A stretch of 64,000 bases of DNA. Source: a virus (lineage: Duplodnaviria; Heunggongvirae; Uroviricota; Caudoviricetes). This document shows positions 49,190 through 58,074 of the stretch, piece after piece. A program made the position numbers and the translations under genes. The notes below the pieces were generated by a model that saw nothing but the letters and a program-made list of their open reading frames with translations, ran no database searches and was not told the origin of the DNA. Positions within the stretch are counted from its first letter, which is position 1; each line of letters opens with the position of its first letter. The stretch lies in the IMG/VR virus record IMGVR_UViG_2541047938_000006. One strand, 5' to 3'.

Positions 49190-49215
49190 CCAACAAAAAA
49201 GGAGCCGAAGCTCCT
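49190..49215 (-). terminator. Intrinsic terminator after Bro-type antirepressor gene (inverted copy of 3297-3320)
   Basis: Hairpin GGAGCTTCGGCTCC plus TTTTTTGTTGGG on minus strand. Confidence 0.55.
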
Positions 49216-49221
49216 TTAGTT

Positions 49222-49896
49222 TCAGAATTCAAATTGTCTTGCCCGCAGGCTTTTCAGCATTGGCATGGCCCGCTGGATAACGGAACTTGACATGTCGAGA
49301 CGTGTTACCTCCCTTAGTAGCGCGTCTCTGTTCTTCGTCACCATGTAGATGGTCTCAAACGCAATGTCATACAGCTTGTTCGTGTATGAGGAGTTCAGCT
49401 CTTTCATAATGGGATACAGGTGTTTGCTGAGGTCCTGGGCTTTTTCCATCCAGAGCTGCATGTAGCAAAGGAGGATGATTTCTTCGGCTGTGAATTGTGG
49501 CTGAATCTGCGGCTGCTGTTCGGTTGGTGCTGTTTTTCCCTGGCTGAAATAGCAGTCTTCCAGTTTTTCGAACACTTCCCACGCCTGATCGGTTTCTAGC
49601 ATTTTTGCGTGGCGGGCTGCGCCTCGTTCTGTCCAGAGGATGAGCGAGCGGGTTTTGGGAGAGATTTTCACCTCATTTTGCGACTCGTTTAAAACTAGTC
49701 GCAAATTTCTGAGTTCATCACCAACAGCTTTAAAGAAGTGCTTTCCCTCAATAAACCGAGATTTATTTTCATGGTGATTCTGCTGTATACGGATTGTTTC
49801 TGTTCCATAAAGGCGGGCAAGCAACTCAGTTGTGATTACCGGAATCTGGTTATAGGTAACAGGGGAAAGGTTTTTGACAGAGATTTGAACAGTCAT
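49222..49896 (-). CDS. Phage antirepressor-like protein (Bro/ORF6-type N-terminal domain + KilA-C-type C-terminal domain)
   Basis: 224 aa; C-terminal about 112 aa almost identical to 2657..3292 product. Confidence 0.65.
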   Translation of the reverse strand: MTVQISVKNLSPVTYNQIPVITTELLARLYGTETIRIQQNHHENKSRFIEGKHFFKAVGDELRNLRLVLNESQNEVKISPKTRSLILWTERGAARHAKMLETDQAWEVFEKLEDCYFSQGKTAPTEQQPQIQPQFTAEEIILLCYMQLWMEKAQDLSKHLYPIMKELNSSYTNKLYDIAFETIYMVTKNRDALLREVTRLDMSSSVIQRAMPMLKSLRARQFEF

Positions 49897-50202
49897 AACG
49901 ACCTCGCGTTTCGATAATTTTTACCTCACCACCTTCAGGTGCTAATCATCGTGGTGGCGAACTGTGCGGGGTTAGCACTACCGGTCGAAACATCCGGCGA
50001 GCCTTTCGGCTCCCCCACACAGCCCGCCATAAATCGCGAATGTGACTGTGCTTAGCGCATAAAAAAACCGCCAGCGCGGTTATGCACCGTTTCGATATCC
50101 GGGGTGCTAATCCCGACGCCAGATTTTGCTGGCGTGCGAAGAATATAATCCCGGATATGTGTTGTCGTCAACATACCTTGAATGTATATAACAAATTTGT
50201 TA

Positions 50203-50543
50203 TGTTTACTCTCATAAACTACATTATCGAATACTACAGTGACGAGGTTGAAGCTGAGATCCTTTCTCTTCCTGAGACCTTACAAGCCAGGTACATTCGG
50301 TACACGGAGAAAATGCGTATTTACGGAGCTAATCTTGGTTCCCCGCATACAGAGGCATTTGGCGACGGTTTGTTTGAAATCCGCCTTAAGGGCTCGGAAG
50401 GCATAGGGCGTGTTTTTTACTGCACGCTAAAAGGAAAGCGAATCATTATGTTGCATAGCTTTGTAAAGAAAACGCAAAAAACTCCACCTGCCGAGCTTAG
50501 AAAAGCTGAAACCAGAATGAAGGAGGTTAAGCATGACTGGTAA
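50203..50543 (+). CDS. HigB/RelE-superfamily toxin (Gp49-like)
   Basis: About 113 aa from ATG at 50203 within ORF 50082..50543; pattern ...FEIRLKGSEGIGRVFYCTLKGKRIIMLHSFVKKTQKTPPAELRKAE typical of Gp49/HigB-like toxins; overlaps downstream HTH gene. Confidence 0.6.
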
Positions 50544-50841
50544 ACGTACCCCACCTACCATGACACACGATGAAATGGTAGAAAAAATGTTGTCTAACCC
50601 CGCAGTAAAAGCAGAATACGACGCCATCGCCGATGAATTCGCACTACTTGATGAAATGCTGGCAGCACGAAAAGAAGCTGGCTTAACCCAGGCTGAAGTT
50701 GCTGAACGTATGGGAACAAAAGCGACTGCGATAACCAGAATGGAAAGCAATCTTGCATCAGGTACAAGCGGCCCATCATTTGCCACACTGAAAAAATTCG
50801 CCCGTGCTACAGGGAAAAAACTCCAGATCCGCTTCGTTTAA
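50533..50841 (+). CDS. XRE-family HTH antitoxin (HigA-like)
   Basis: 102 aa with HTH (GLTQAEVAERMGTKATAITRMES); start overlaps toxin gene end. Confidence 0.65.
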   Translation: MTGKRTPPTMTHDEMVEKMLSNPAVKAEYDAIADEFALLDEMLAARKEAGLTQAEVAERMGTKATAITRMESNLASGTSGPSFATLKKFARATGKKLQIRFV

Positions 50842-50895
50842 CTCTCCACTACCGCGCCGTCATTCTGGCGGCGCTTTACCCCAGAGAAATATCAA

Positions 50896-51140
50896 TCACC
50901 GGATTACCACATCCCACTCCGGCTCCTGCCATCTCAAATCCGGTGAATCATTTCTCTCAGGAATAACCATTACGTCCTTTTCCCTTCGCTCCCTTTCTAT
51001 CGCCATCACAGCCAATGCTGCAACCATGATGTATTTTTGTTCGTCGGTTCCTGTTTCATAACGACGCATGAGGGTAAACTCGGGGCGATCAGTAACCTCA
51101 ATGATTTCGTTAATTTCTTTAATTTCGCGAGGAATATCCA
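50896..51140 (-). CDS. Hypothetical small protein
   Basis: About 81 aa from MDIPREIK with RBS AAGGAG; start codon overlaps start of divergent 51140 gene (CCATGG). Confidence 0.25.
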
Positions 51141-51814
51141 TGGGTTTAGTCTCCTTTGATATCACATGCCCGCACTGTTTAAAAGAGCGAGCTGTTATTG
51201 AGGCATTTGCCGAAAAACAAATTGAAAAAACACCTTTTTTTAACGTCGCTTTTGTATGCAGAAGTTGTCATCGAGGAGGTGTTGCTATTGTTGAAATCCC
51301 ATCAGACCACTATCACGGTCCCATGGCGGAAAGCCAGAAAAAAGACCTCGATATTCTGATTTCAGGAAATAGCCAGTACCGTTTCCGCAAGATCTATCCT
51401 GTGGTCAAAAAAATTACCGCACCAGAATATACACCCCCGGTTGCAGACCGTACTTTTGTTGAGGCAAAAGAGGATTTACAGAGGAGGCGGTACGACACAG
51501 TGGTTATTCTTTGTCGCAGAGTCCTCGATATCTCCACGAAAAAACTGCTCGGCGATGAAGCAGGAAAAGAATCGCTGTCGCAACGTATTCAGATGATTTA
51601 CAAAAAAGGCCTGATCACTGAACAGATGAAGGAATGGGCTCATATTGTACGAATTGATGCCAATAAAGCAGTTCATACAGATGAAGTTTTCACACCAATT
51701 GAGGCAAGCCAGATCCTGAGTTTTACCGAAATGTTTTTAGTCTACGCCTTCACTCTGCCTGCAATGGTGGAAGCCAGACGTGAACAAAAAAGATCAGATT
51801 CAGCCTCTATATGA
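51140..51814 (+). CDS. Zn-ribbon + DUF4145-like protein (moron, candidate defence gene)
   Basis: About 224 aa from ATG 51140 (RBS GAGGAA); CPHC...CRSCH zinc-ribbon-like N-terminus; C-terminal region resembles DUF4145; opposite strand to surrounding operon. Confidence 0.45.
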   Translation: MGLVSFDITCPHCLKERAVIEAFAEKQIEKTPFFNVAFVCRSCHRGGVAIVEIPSDHYHGPMAESQKKDLDILISGNSQYRFRKIYPVVKKITAPEYTPPVADRTFVEAKEDLQRRRYDTVVILCRRVLDISTKKLLGDEAGKESLSQRIQMIYKKGLITEQMKEWAHIVRIDANKAVHTDEVFTPIEASQILSFTEMFLVYAFTLPAMVEARREQKRSDSASI

Positions 51815-51846
51815 ATCACTTTTCTGAACACGTAAGCCCCCGTCAT

Positions 51847-52284
51847 TCACGACGGGGAGAACATCAATCCCTCTGCACTCCCTCGCCAGAATGCCAGCAC
51901 ACGCTGCATCGTTTCGCTGTTACGGCACTCGCGACAAATTGTGTTGTAGCGTCTGTCGTAGCGCCGTATTTCCCCATCTGGTAATGCCCGGATAAGGTCT
52001 GGATCAACGACAACCGGTTTCTTCGACTTTGCCCTTGAGAGTTTTTTGCGGGCATTTTGCCAGTCCTTACGAGCCTGTTCAGACGGGAATACTCCGTAAC
52101 CGGAATTGTAAACATCACCACTGGCGGCCAGCTCCATGCATAAACGACCGACAGACGCATGACTGACACCAATTTCATCCGATAACTGCCGAATCGTGCC
52201 TCGTCCGTTAAGGCGTACGAATTCCACGATCAGCCCCTTAATTTTTTCCCGCTCTTCTGGTGTAAATGCTCTTGTCATAAGCAC
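51847..52284 (-). CDS. HTH-domain phage protein
   Basis: 145-aa ORF with predicted HTH (IRQLSDEIGVSHASVGRL). Confidence 0.4.
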   Translation of the reverse strand: MLMTRAFTPEEREKIKGLIVEFVRLNGRGTIRQLSDEIGVSHASVGRLCMELAASGDVYNSGYGVFPSEQARKDWQNARKKLSRAKSKKPVVVDPDLIRALPDGEIRRYDRRYNTICRECRNSETMQRVLAFWRGSAEGLMFSPS

Positions 52285-52293
52285 CTCCGGAGA

Positions 52294-53064
52294 TCACTTT
52301 GTTGTCGGTGAATGAACCGGAATATCAGCAATCGAACTGAAAATATCCCGGTGTTTATTCAGCTCCCGCAGCGCGGCGCAGACTCGCTCCCACTTCTGAA
52401 CATCACTTTTCGCCCTGCGCAGCGCCAGGTTTGCCCTGCGCAGGGACGGAAAAATCAGCTCATCTGCTTGCGTTTCGGTAAACGATGGCAACGACTGCAC
52501 AATGTCCGCCACAGTTTCTGTTTTAATTTCTTCCTGTGTTGCGGCTTCCCGGACTGGTAACGCAGCACCTGCTGGCTGAGGAAAGGCCTTACCATCATTT
52601 TCCGTTACCGGCGCGGTTTTCGGATCTGCTGGTAAATTACCCCCCGGCATGCAGTAACGAAATTTACCGTTCTGATTAACGCGTGCCAGCCGCCCCGTTG
52701 CGGTTACCACCGCCAGCGTGGAAGCAACCTTGCGAGTGGTAACTCCGAACTTACCCGCTATTTCTTCACAGGTTTTAGCCCCCTCCTGAGAGATAAACTC
52801 AATCATCATGTCAGCGCTAACTTTTGGAGCGACCTCTTCGGTCAGCATATCCTGTGTTTCAGATTTTACTGGCCGCTCTTCGGTTACCTGGGATTCACCT
52901 TCGACAGCCAGAAACCAGGTGTGACCCGTTTTATCAACAACGCCATTTTTTTTGAGTTCCCACAGTTCGTTGAGAACTTCTTCACGGCTGATATCAAGCC
53001 GCGCCGCCAGTTCAACAGAATTGGCTTTTCCCATCGCTTTCAGTGCATACAATACGGTTTCCAT
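52294..53064 (-). CDS. Hypothetical phage protein with winged-helix-like N-terminus
   Basis: 256-aa ORF downstream of helicase loader gene. Confidence 0.4.
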   Translation of the reverse strand: METVLYALKAMGKANSVELAARLDISREEVLNELWELKKNGVVDKTGHTWFLAVEGESQVTEERPVKSETQDMLTEEVAPKVSADMMIEFISQEGAKTCEEIAGKFGVTTRKVASTLAVVTATGRLARVNQNGKFRYCMPGGNLPADPKTAPVTENDGKAFPQPAGAALPVREAATQEEIKTETVADIVQSLPSFTETQADELIFPSLRRANLALRRAKSDVQKWERVCAALRELNKHRDIFSSIADIPVHSPTTK

Positions 53065-53089
53065 CGAAAATTTACCTCGTCAAAAATTC

Positions 53090-53830
53090 TCACATACCCT
53101 GACGTCCAACGTTTGACCGCCAGCTCTCCCAGTTAAAATTCACCCAACGACCACCATTCATGGTCATACGGTCCATCACTCGCTCCCCCAGAAGCCTGCT
53201 CATCGCACCGTGATTCAGGTTAGTCAGCATCCCGACACTGCGCAGTGATGCCGTTCTGCGGTCGACGATCTGGTTCAGTATGACCTGCTCGTTGCGCGTA
53301 TCCCGCTGCATGCCAATTTCATCAAGGACCAGAAGGTCAACTCCACAAAGCTCCTGTAAAAATTTTTCCCCGGACTTGCCGTTGTCGTAGCCGTCATGCA
53401 ACACACTCATGACATCGGACACGGTGACGATAATCACGCTTCTCCCCTTCGCCATTAGCCAGTTGCCAATCGCTGCTGCAAGGTGATTTTTCCCGGTGCC
53501 AGGTTTACCGCTGAACACGAAATTCGTGCAGCCGGTATGCAGCTCTGCCGCGATGGATTTTGCCTGACTCAGAGCATGGCGCTGACCGTCGTTCTGCACC
53601 CGGTAGTTCCCGAATGAGCACTTCCTGTGAAGCGGCTGGATGCCCGAACGGTTCAGGATTTTTTCAACCCGCGCCTGATGATTCAGGCGGTTAATTTCCT
53701 CGCTGCGCTTACGGCCCTCAGCCAGTTGCCATTCCCGCCATTCGTCGGTCGTCCGGAACGGTGCTGCCACGTGCGGTGGTGCCAGACGGCGCACCCGTTC
53801 AAGAATCCCTCCTGTCGAAATGTTTTTCAT
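53090..53830 (-). CDS. Replicative helicase loader (DnaC-like AAA+ ATPase)
   Basis: 246 aa with Walker A GKPGTGKNHLAAAIG and Walker B LLVLDEIG. Confidence 0.8.
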   Translation of the reverse strand: MKNISTGGILERVRRLAPPHVAAPFRTTDEWREWQLAEGRKRSEEINRLNHQARVEKILNRSGIQPLHRKCSFGNYRVQNDGQRHALSQAKSIAAELHTGCTNFVFSGKPGTGKNHLAAAIGNWLMAKGRSVIIVTVSDVMSVLHDGYDNGKSGEKFLQELCGVDLLVLDEIGMQRDTRNEQVILNQIVDRRTASLRSVGMLTNLNHGAMSRLLGERVMDRMTMNGGRWVNFNWESWRSNVGRQGM

Positions 53831-53836
53831 GGCTGA

Positions 53837-54925
53837 TTACCCCCTGAAACCCGGCGGAATTTCGGTGTCCGGTTCAGAAATGTGATTCACGCAACGCAGG
53901 CTGACTGCGCCAGCCTTCGGCAGCGACCACGGATTTTCGAAATTCCTGTTCGGGCCAAAAAACGTCGATGCCTGCTGAACAAATTCAGTTCCCGCTTTCC
54001 CGGTAGCCTCCAGGTATCTTGCGTAACGCCTCACGCCATCCAGCACGACATCCGGTGACACCCCTTCGCGTAATCTGGCCCTCCAGGCATTGAACGCGGA
54101 TTTCTTCGGGTTTGACCCTGCCCGATGCGGATATTCACGCCAGACCCGTTCGAACACGTCAGGATAATCAACTCGTCCCGCAGACGGTCCCGGCATCGCC
54201 CGGGTTAACCCAATCGGCTTCCCGCTCATCGCGGAATCGGCTTCAGGCTGCTGCGGTTGGCGTTGTTGCTCCGGTTCGACGATCAGCACCTGCTGCACAC
54301 AACGCCCGGAATCTGCTTCCGGTGTCGTGCCAGCTGGTCCTGGACGTTCAGTCAGAACAGGACAAAAATCCCCCTGCGGGTCCGTGGCGATTTTTTCGCC
54401 ATGGACCAGAAGGGTTTTATCCCTTTCCTGTTCTTGTTCTTGTTCCTGTTCCTGTTCTTGGCTTGAAAGGGGCTCTGAAGGGGCTTCAATTTTCCGACAT
54501 GATTCACGTCTGACATCCAGGTGGAAATCATCCTTATATCTATCATAAAAGGATGATAAAAAAGGATTTTCCAGCAACGCGGAATATTCATTTCTTACCC
54601 CAGCACAACGGTTATCGCCAGGTTTCAGCGATTCACCAACCTGCCATGCTGCCATTTCATGCACCCATACAACCTCAGAATCATGGTCATAGCTGCAAAA
54701 ACCAGCCTCGCAAGCCATTTGAAGCCCCTTAGAAGCCCCTTCAGGAGCAAGTCCGGTTTCGTGAGCAATGTACAAAACAGGCAGGTAATAAAGGCCCAGC
54801 ATATTGGAATGAGGCGAGGTCATCATATACAACGCCACTACCATACATTCCGGACCAGACTTCCTTAGTTTTCGCCCTGTATCGCCTAACCAGAACTGAG
54901 GTGAAATTGTTGCGTAATTACGCAT
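53837..54925 (-). CDS. Replication initiation protein (O-like) with internal (EQ)n repeat
   Basis: 362-aa ORF upstream of helicase loader; hexanucleotide repeats 54420-54460 encode SQEQEQEQEQEQE; contains one copy of a 60-bp repeat. Confidence 0.55.
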   Translation of the reverse strand: MRNYATISPQFWLGDTGRKLRKSGPECMVVALYMMTSPHSNMLGLYYLPVLYIAHETGLAPEGASKGLQMACEAGFCSYDHDSEVVWVHEMAAWQVGESLKPGDNRCAGVRNEYSALLENPFLSSFYDRYKDDFHLDVRRESCRKIEAPSEPLSSQEQEQEQEQEQERDKTLLVHGEKIATDPQGDFCPVLTERPGPAGTTPEADSGRCVQQVLIVEPEQQRQPQQPEADSAMSGKPIGLTRAMPGPSAGRVDYPDVFERVWREYPHRAGSNPKKSAFNAWRARLREGVSPDVVLDGVRRYARYLEATGKAGTEFVQQASTFFGPNRNFENPWSLPKAGAVSLRCVNHISEPDTEIPPGFRG

Positions 54926-54954
54926 AGTCCCCTCGCATACAAGATTTACTCCAT

Positions 54955-55130
54955 ACCGCAGACGGTCCCGGTATCTCCCGGGTTAACCCAATCGGCTTCA
55001 GGCTGCTGCGGTTGGTGTGACTGCACATTGGTGTGACTGCACATCTTCACAGACGGTCCCGGTATCTCCGGGTTAACCCAATCGGCTTCAGGCTGCTGCG
55101 GTTGGTGTTGTTGCTGGCGAAATTCTTCCA
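54955..55130. repeat. Two tandem about 60-80-bp repeats upstream of replication gene, homologous to an internal segment of that gene (54180-54275)
   Basis: CAGACGGTCCCGGTATCTCC(C)GGGTTAACCCAATCGGCTTCAGGCTGCTGCGGTTGGTG occurs at about 54957 and 55048, related copy inside the gene. Confidence 0.6.
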
Positions 55131-55178
55131 GATGTGGCAGAATTATTCCCGTGTATTGCTCCATGCCCTGCCTGAATA

Positions 55179-55475
55179 TCAGATATTCATCAGGATTTGC
55201 TCAGAACGTCCGGCCCCAACCGGACGTTTTTTATTTGCATGAACGTTAATGGCATGCTGGAAAGCCCGGCTGATCGGACTGATATCAGATGCCATCTGAA
55301 ACGCGCATAAAATCGCCGCGATGTATCGCCAGTCGGTACGACTGACCTTCGATTCATGGCAGCCAATCATCTTCGCCAGTCCCCTTTGCGTCAGAGCTGA
55401 CAGGTTGATAAGTAAATCCGTTTCAGCGCGATCGATATCGCGCTGTGACAGTTTGCTGTAACTTGTTTGTGACAT
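55179..55475 (-). CDS. cII: CII-like transcriptional activator
   Basis: 98 aa; C-terminal ...NKKRPVGAGRSEQILMNI resembles recalled lambda CII ...NKKRPAATERSEQIQMEF. Confidence 0.7.
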   Translation of the reverse strand: MSQTSYSKLSQRDIDRAETDLLINLSALTQRGLAKMIGCHESKVSRTDWRYIAAILCAFQMASDISPISRAFQHAINVHANKKRPVGAGRSEQILMNI

Positions 55476-55543
55476 TTGTTAATTTTCCTATATTGATATG
55501 GGGTTAAGCGGCAATCCCCAATGGGTTTGCCACTGATGTTTGC

Positions 55544-55584
55544 TCACCCTGTTAGAGGTGAACGACCAGCAATGTTAAAGAGCG
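55544..55584 (-). promoter_or_regulatory. nutR-like site (boxA CGCTCTTTAACA + boxB hairpin)
   Basis: On minus strand CGCTCTTTAACATT followed by hairpin TCACC-N8-GGTGA, between cro and cII. Confidence 0.5.
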
Positions 55585-55591
55585 GTGTTAC

Positions 55592-55815
55592 TTATTCAGC
55601 CTGGTTCGGATGAGGAAACAGGTGCGGTAAGTCCGGGCGAATTTCGTAAGCCTTAACCTGACCATTGGTGGCATTAACGATAGCGAAAACTTTTTCAGGA
55701 GAAACTTTTCCGCCTCGCAACCATTTATGAACAGCGGGCTGTGATACGCCGCAATCAGCTGCAAGTCGTTTTTGACTGCCAACAATATTCAAGGCTCGCT
55801 GAATCACTAAATTCA
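55592..55815 (-). CDS. cro: Cro-like repressor
   Basis: About 74 aa from MNLVIQ...; HTH (QKRLAADCGVSQPAVHKWL); divergent from cI. Confidence 0.65.
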
Positions 55816-55851
55816 TGAGCATACCTCTACAGCAAATAAAGCATAACCAAA

Positions 55852-55914
55852 AATAACATGAGTTATACACCAGGGCAATAACAATTGTTGTTTTACTTTT
55901 GATAACCGTGGTTA
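55852..55914. promoter_or_regulatory. OR operator cluster: three 14-bp palindromes ATAAC-N4-GTTAT
   Basis: ATAACATGAGTTAT (55852-55865), ATAACAATTGTTGT (55877-55890), ATAACCGTGGTTAT (55901-55914), spaced 24-25 bp, between cro and cI. Confidence 0.55.
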
Positions 55915-55926
55915 TAGATTACAGGT

Positions 55927-56634
55927 ATGAAAACATTCGCAGAAAGACTAAATGCCGCCATGAGTTCAGCCGGGTTGTCACAAGCACAACTTGCAGACAT
56001 GGTGGGGGTATCACAACCAGCCATACAAAAGATGTCATCTGGTAAAACAACCGGATCACGTAAAATGGTCGAATTAGCCAACGCGTTAAGAGTTCGCCCT
56101 GAATGGCTAAGCTCTGGTATAGGGTCAATGAGACCACAGAGCGCAGAAGAGCCATCTAATGCTCGGGAATCATCTTTAAAAGCTATCGCCTGGGATGATC
56201 ATCAAAATGATAATGACGAATTTGTTGCGCTCCCCCTTCTAAATATTTCACTTTCAGCTGGCGGAGGAAGTTGTGCATTGGAGGAGTCCGCAGAATTCTC
56301 TCTAGTTTTTAGGCGCTATTACCTGAAAAAAATGGGAGTTCCAGAAAAAGCGGCAAAGTTGGTCAGGGTTGTTGGGCAAAGCATGGAGCCAACACTCCAT
56401 GATGGTGATGTGGTGGGGGTAAACACGCAAGATACGAGCATCAGGGATGGTAAAACATATGCAATTTGCCAAGCTGATTTGTTAAGGGTAAAAACGCTCA
56501 TAGCCACGCCAACATCGGTAATTATCAGATCGATAAACCGCGAAGAGTATCCTGATGAAGTAATGAACAGAGAAGAATTCTACAAAAACGTAAGAATCAT
56601 AGGGCGAGTGTTCTGGTCATCACATAGCTGGTAA
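55927..56634 (+). CDS. cI: CI repressor (HTH + S24 LexA-like autopeptidase domain)
   Basis: 235 aa; N-terminal HTH; C-terminal GQSMEPT Ser motif and downstream Lys. Confidence 0.9.
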   Translation: MKTFAERLNAAMSSAGLSQAQLADMVGVSQPAIQKMSSGKTTGSRKMVELANALRVRPEWLSSGIGSMRPQSAEEPSNARESSLKAIAWDDHQNDNDEFVALPLLNISLSAGGGSCALEESAEFSLVFRRYYLKKMGVPEKAAKLVRVVGQSMEPTLHDGDVVGVNTQDTSIRDGKTYAICQADLLRVKTLIATPTSVIIRSINREEYPDEVMNREEFYKNVRIIGRVFWSSHSW

Positions 56635-56757
56635 TCAGACTCCAACTGAACTTTTGCTATAAGAACACTCACGAAGAACGGCCTTTTATTGTGCTCAATA
56701 CCACCGATGGTAAACCATTCGCCAAGTAGCCAATTCATAAAATGCCATTTCTAAATC

Positions 56758-56785
56758 CCCCGGCTCCAGTGCCGGGTTTTATTTA
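56758..56785 (+). terminator. Intrinsic terminator after cI
   Basis: Hairpin CCCGGC-TCCAGT-GCCGGG followed by TTTTATTT. Confidence 0.55.
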
Positions 56786-56786
56786 C

Positions 56787-57008
56787 TTAATTACACAGTC
56801 GCATATCCTGAAGTAACACATCTATAGCTAACTTCACAGCGAGATCATCCAATTCATCATGGTGAAGCACTCGGATCATTCCCGCAATAGCATCTGCTGA
56901 AATAGCTTCCCCAGTAGCAATAACCTCAAGCAACGACACCCCTAGAATTTCGACTACCCGCTGGTGCAACACACCAAATTCCCCTTCGATTAACATGCAA
57001 TCACCCAT
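56787..57008 (-). CDS. Hypothetical small acidic protein between cI and N, opposite strand
   Basis: About 73 aa from MGDCMLIEG with RBS GGAAAGG; occupies the position where lambda carries rexAB. Confidence 0.3.
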   Translation of the reverse strand: MGDCMLIEGEFGVLHQRVVEILGVSLLEVIATGEAISADAIAGMIRVLHHDELDDLAVKLAIDVLLQDMRLCN

Positions 57009-57128
57009 AACAATCAGCCTTTCCCCCTTGAAAATATCACGCGGATACCACAAAAAATAAAATATTTTTGTTATCAGTCATTTATAACGTTTTTCATAAA
57101 ATGATAAATATAGTTATTGTACAACCAG

Positions 57129-57142
57129 ATAACTTAGGTTAT
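57129..57142. promoter_or_regulatory. OL operator (ATAACTTAGGTTAT) plus flanking degenerate half-sites
   Basis: Same ATAAC-N4-GTTAT palindrome as OR; additional GTTAT/ATAAC half-sites at 57070-57133. Confidence 0.5.
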
Positions 57143-57191
57143 CTTCAATTCAACAGCAGGACGCTGGAAGCCAAACGGAACAGATTGGCCG

Positions 57192-57231
57192 GCTCTTTAA
57201 CATTGATGGACTCTCAACCTAACCGTTGAGA
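57192..57231 (+). promoter_or_regulatory. nutL-like site (boxA GCTCTTTAACA + boxB hairpin)
   Basis: GCTCTTTAACA at 57192-57202 followed by hairpin TCTCAAC-CTAACC-GTTGAGA, upstream of N. Confidence 0.55.
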
Positions 57232-57341
57232 CCAAAATCTAAGTGATTTTGGGGATGACGCGAATTTCAGTTGCAAGGCCGCGATCGAGAAGAAAAACAC
57301 CTCGACGCGTCATACACCAAAGCCACTTAAAGGAGACCATC

Positions 57342-57647
57342 ATGGTAACCATAATCTGGAAAGAATCCAAAGGTACGGCAAAAAGCCGCTATAAAGCTCG
57401 CAGGGAAGAACTTATTGCAGAGCGACGCAGTAGTGAAAGACTGACACGGAAGATTGCGCTAAAGATCTCTGGTTGCGTCGGAGCAGACAAAGCAGTATCA
57501 CTCGGAAGCCTTCGCTGCAAGAAGGCAGAAGAAGTCGAGAGTAAACAGAACCGTATTTACTACCGCAAACCACGCAGTGAAATGGGTGTGACTTGCTCAG
57601 GCCGCCAGAAACAACGCGGAAAATCAATTCCGGCTTATTACGATTGA
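57342..57647 (+). CDS. N: N-like antitermination protein (Arg-rich motif)
   Basis: 102 aa from ATG 57342 (RBS AGGAGA); Arg-rich N-terminus KSRYKARREELIAERRSSERLTRK; first gene after nutL. Confidence 0.55.
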   Translation: MVTIIWKESKGTAKSRYKARREELIAERRSSERLTRKIALKISGCVGADKAVSLGSLRCKKAEEVESKQNRIYYRKPRSEMGVTCSGRQKQRGKSIPAYYD

Positions 57648-57655
57648 GGTTAATG

Positions 57656-57937
57656 ATGAAGTTCAAATTGAACGATGAAGTTAAATGGTCAAGCTCATCA
57701 AACGGTGTAACGAAGGTAAAAATCGGGTTTATCGTCGAGGTGATTCCTCCTGGTGTCAACGTAAAAAAATTCGAACTAGGCCGTCTGCTAGATGCACCTG
57801 GCCTTCCGAGGAAAGAAGAGAGCTATATAGTTTGTGTAGGTTCAAGACCCGGATCTCGTGCCAAGCCAAAATATTACTGGCCGCGAGTTAATAACCTGCG
57901 TCGATTACAACAAAAAACTTGCGCCCTTAAAACTTGA
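57656..57937 (+). CDS. Hypothetical early protein
   Basis: About 93 aa, RBS GAGG upstream. Confidence 0.35.
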   Translation: MKFKLNDEVKWSSSSNGVTKVKIGFIVEVIPPGVNVKKFELGRLLDAPGLPRKEESYIVCVGSRPGSRAKPKYYWPRVNNLRRLQQKTCALKT

Positions 57938-58074
57938 AATTCTTCAGGCCGCCGGAAAAATGCAGCTTAAACTGGACGAATTCATCGACTGTATGGATGA
58001 AATGAATAAAGCAGTTCAGAAGCTTAAAGAGCTGACCGCCTGATATTAATAAATTGCAACTACCGGAGTTAACT

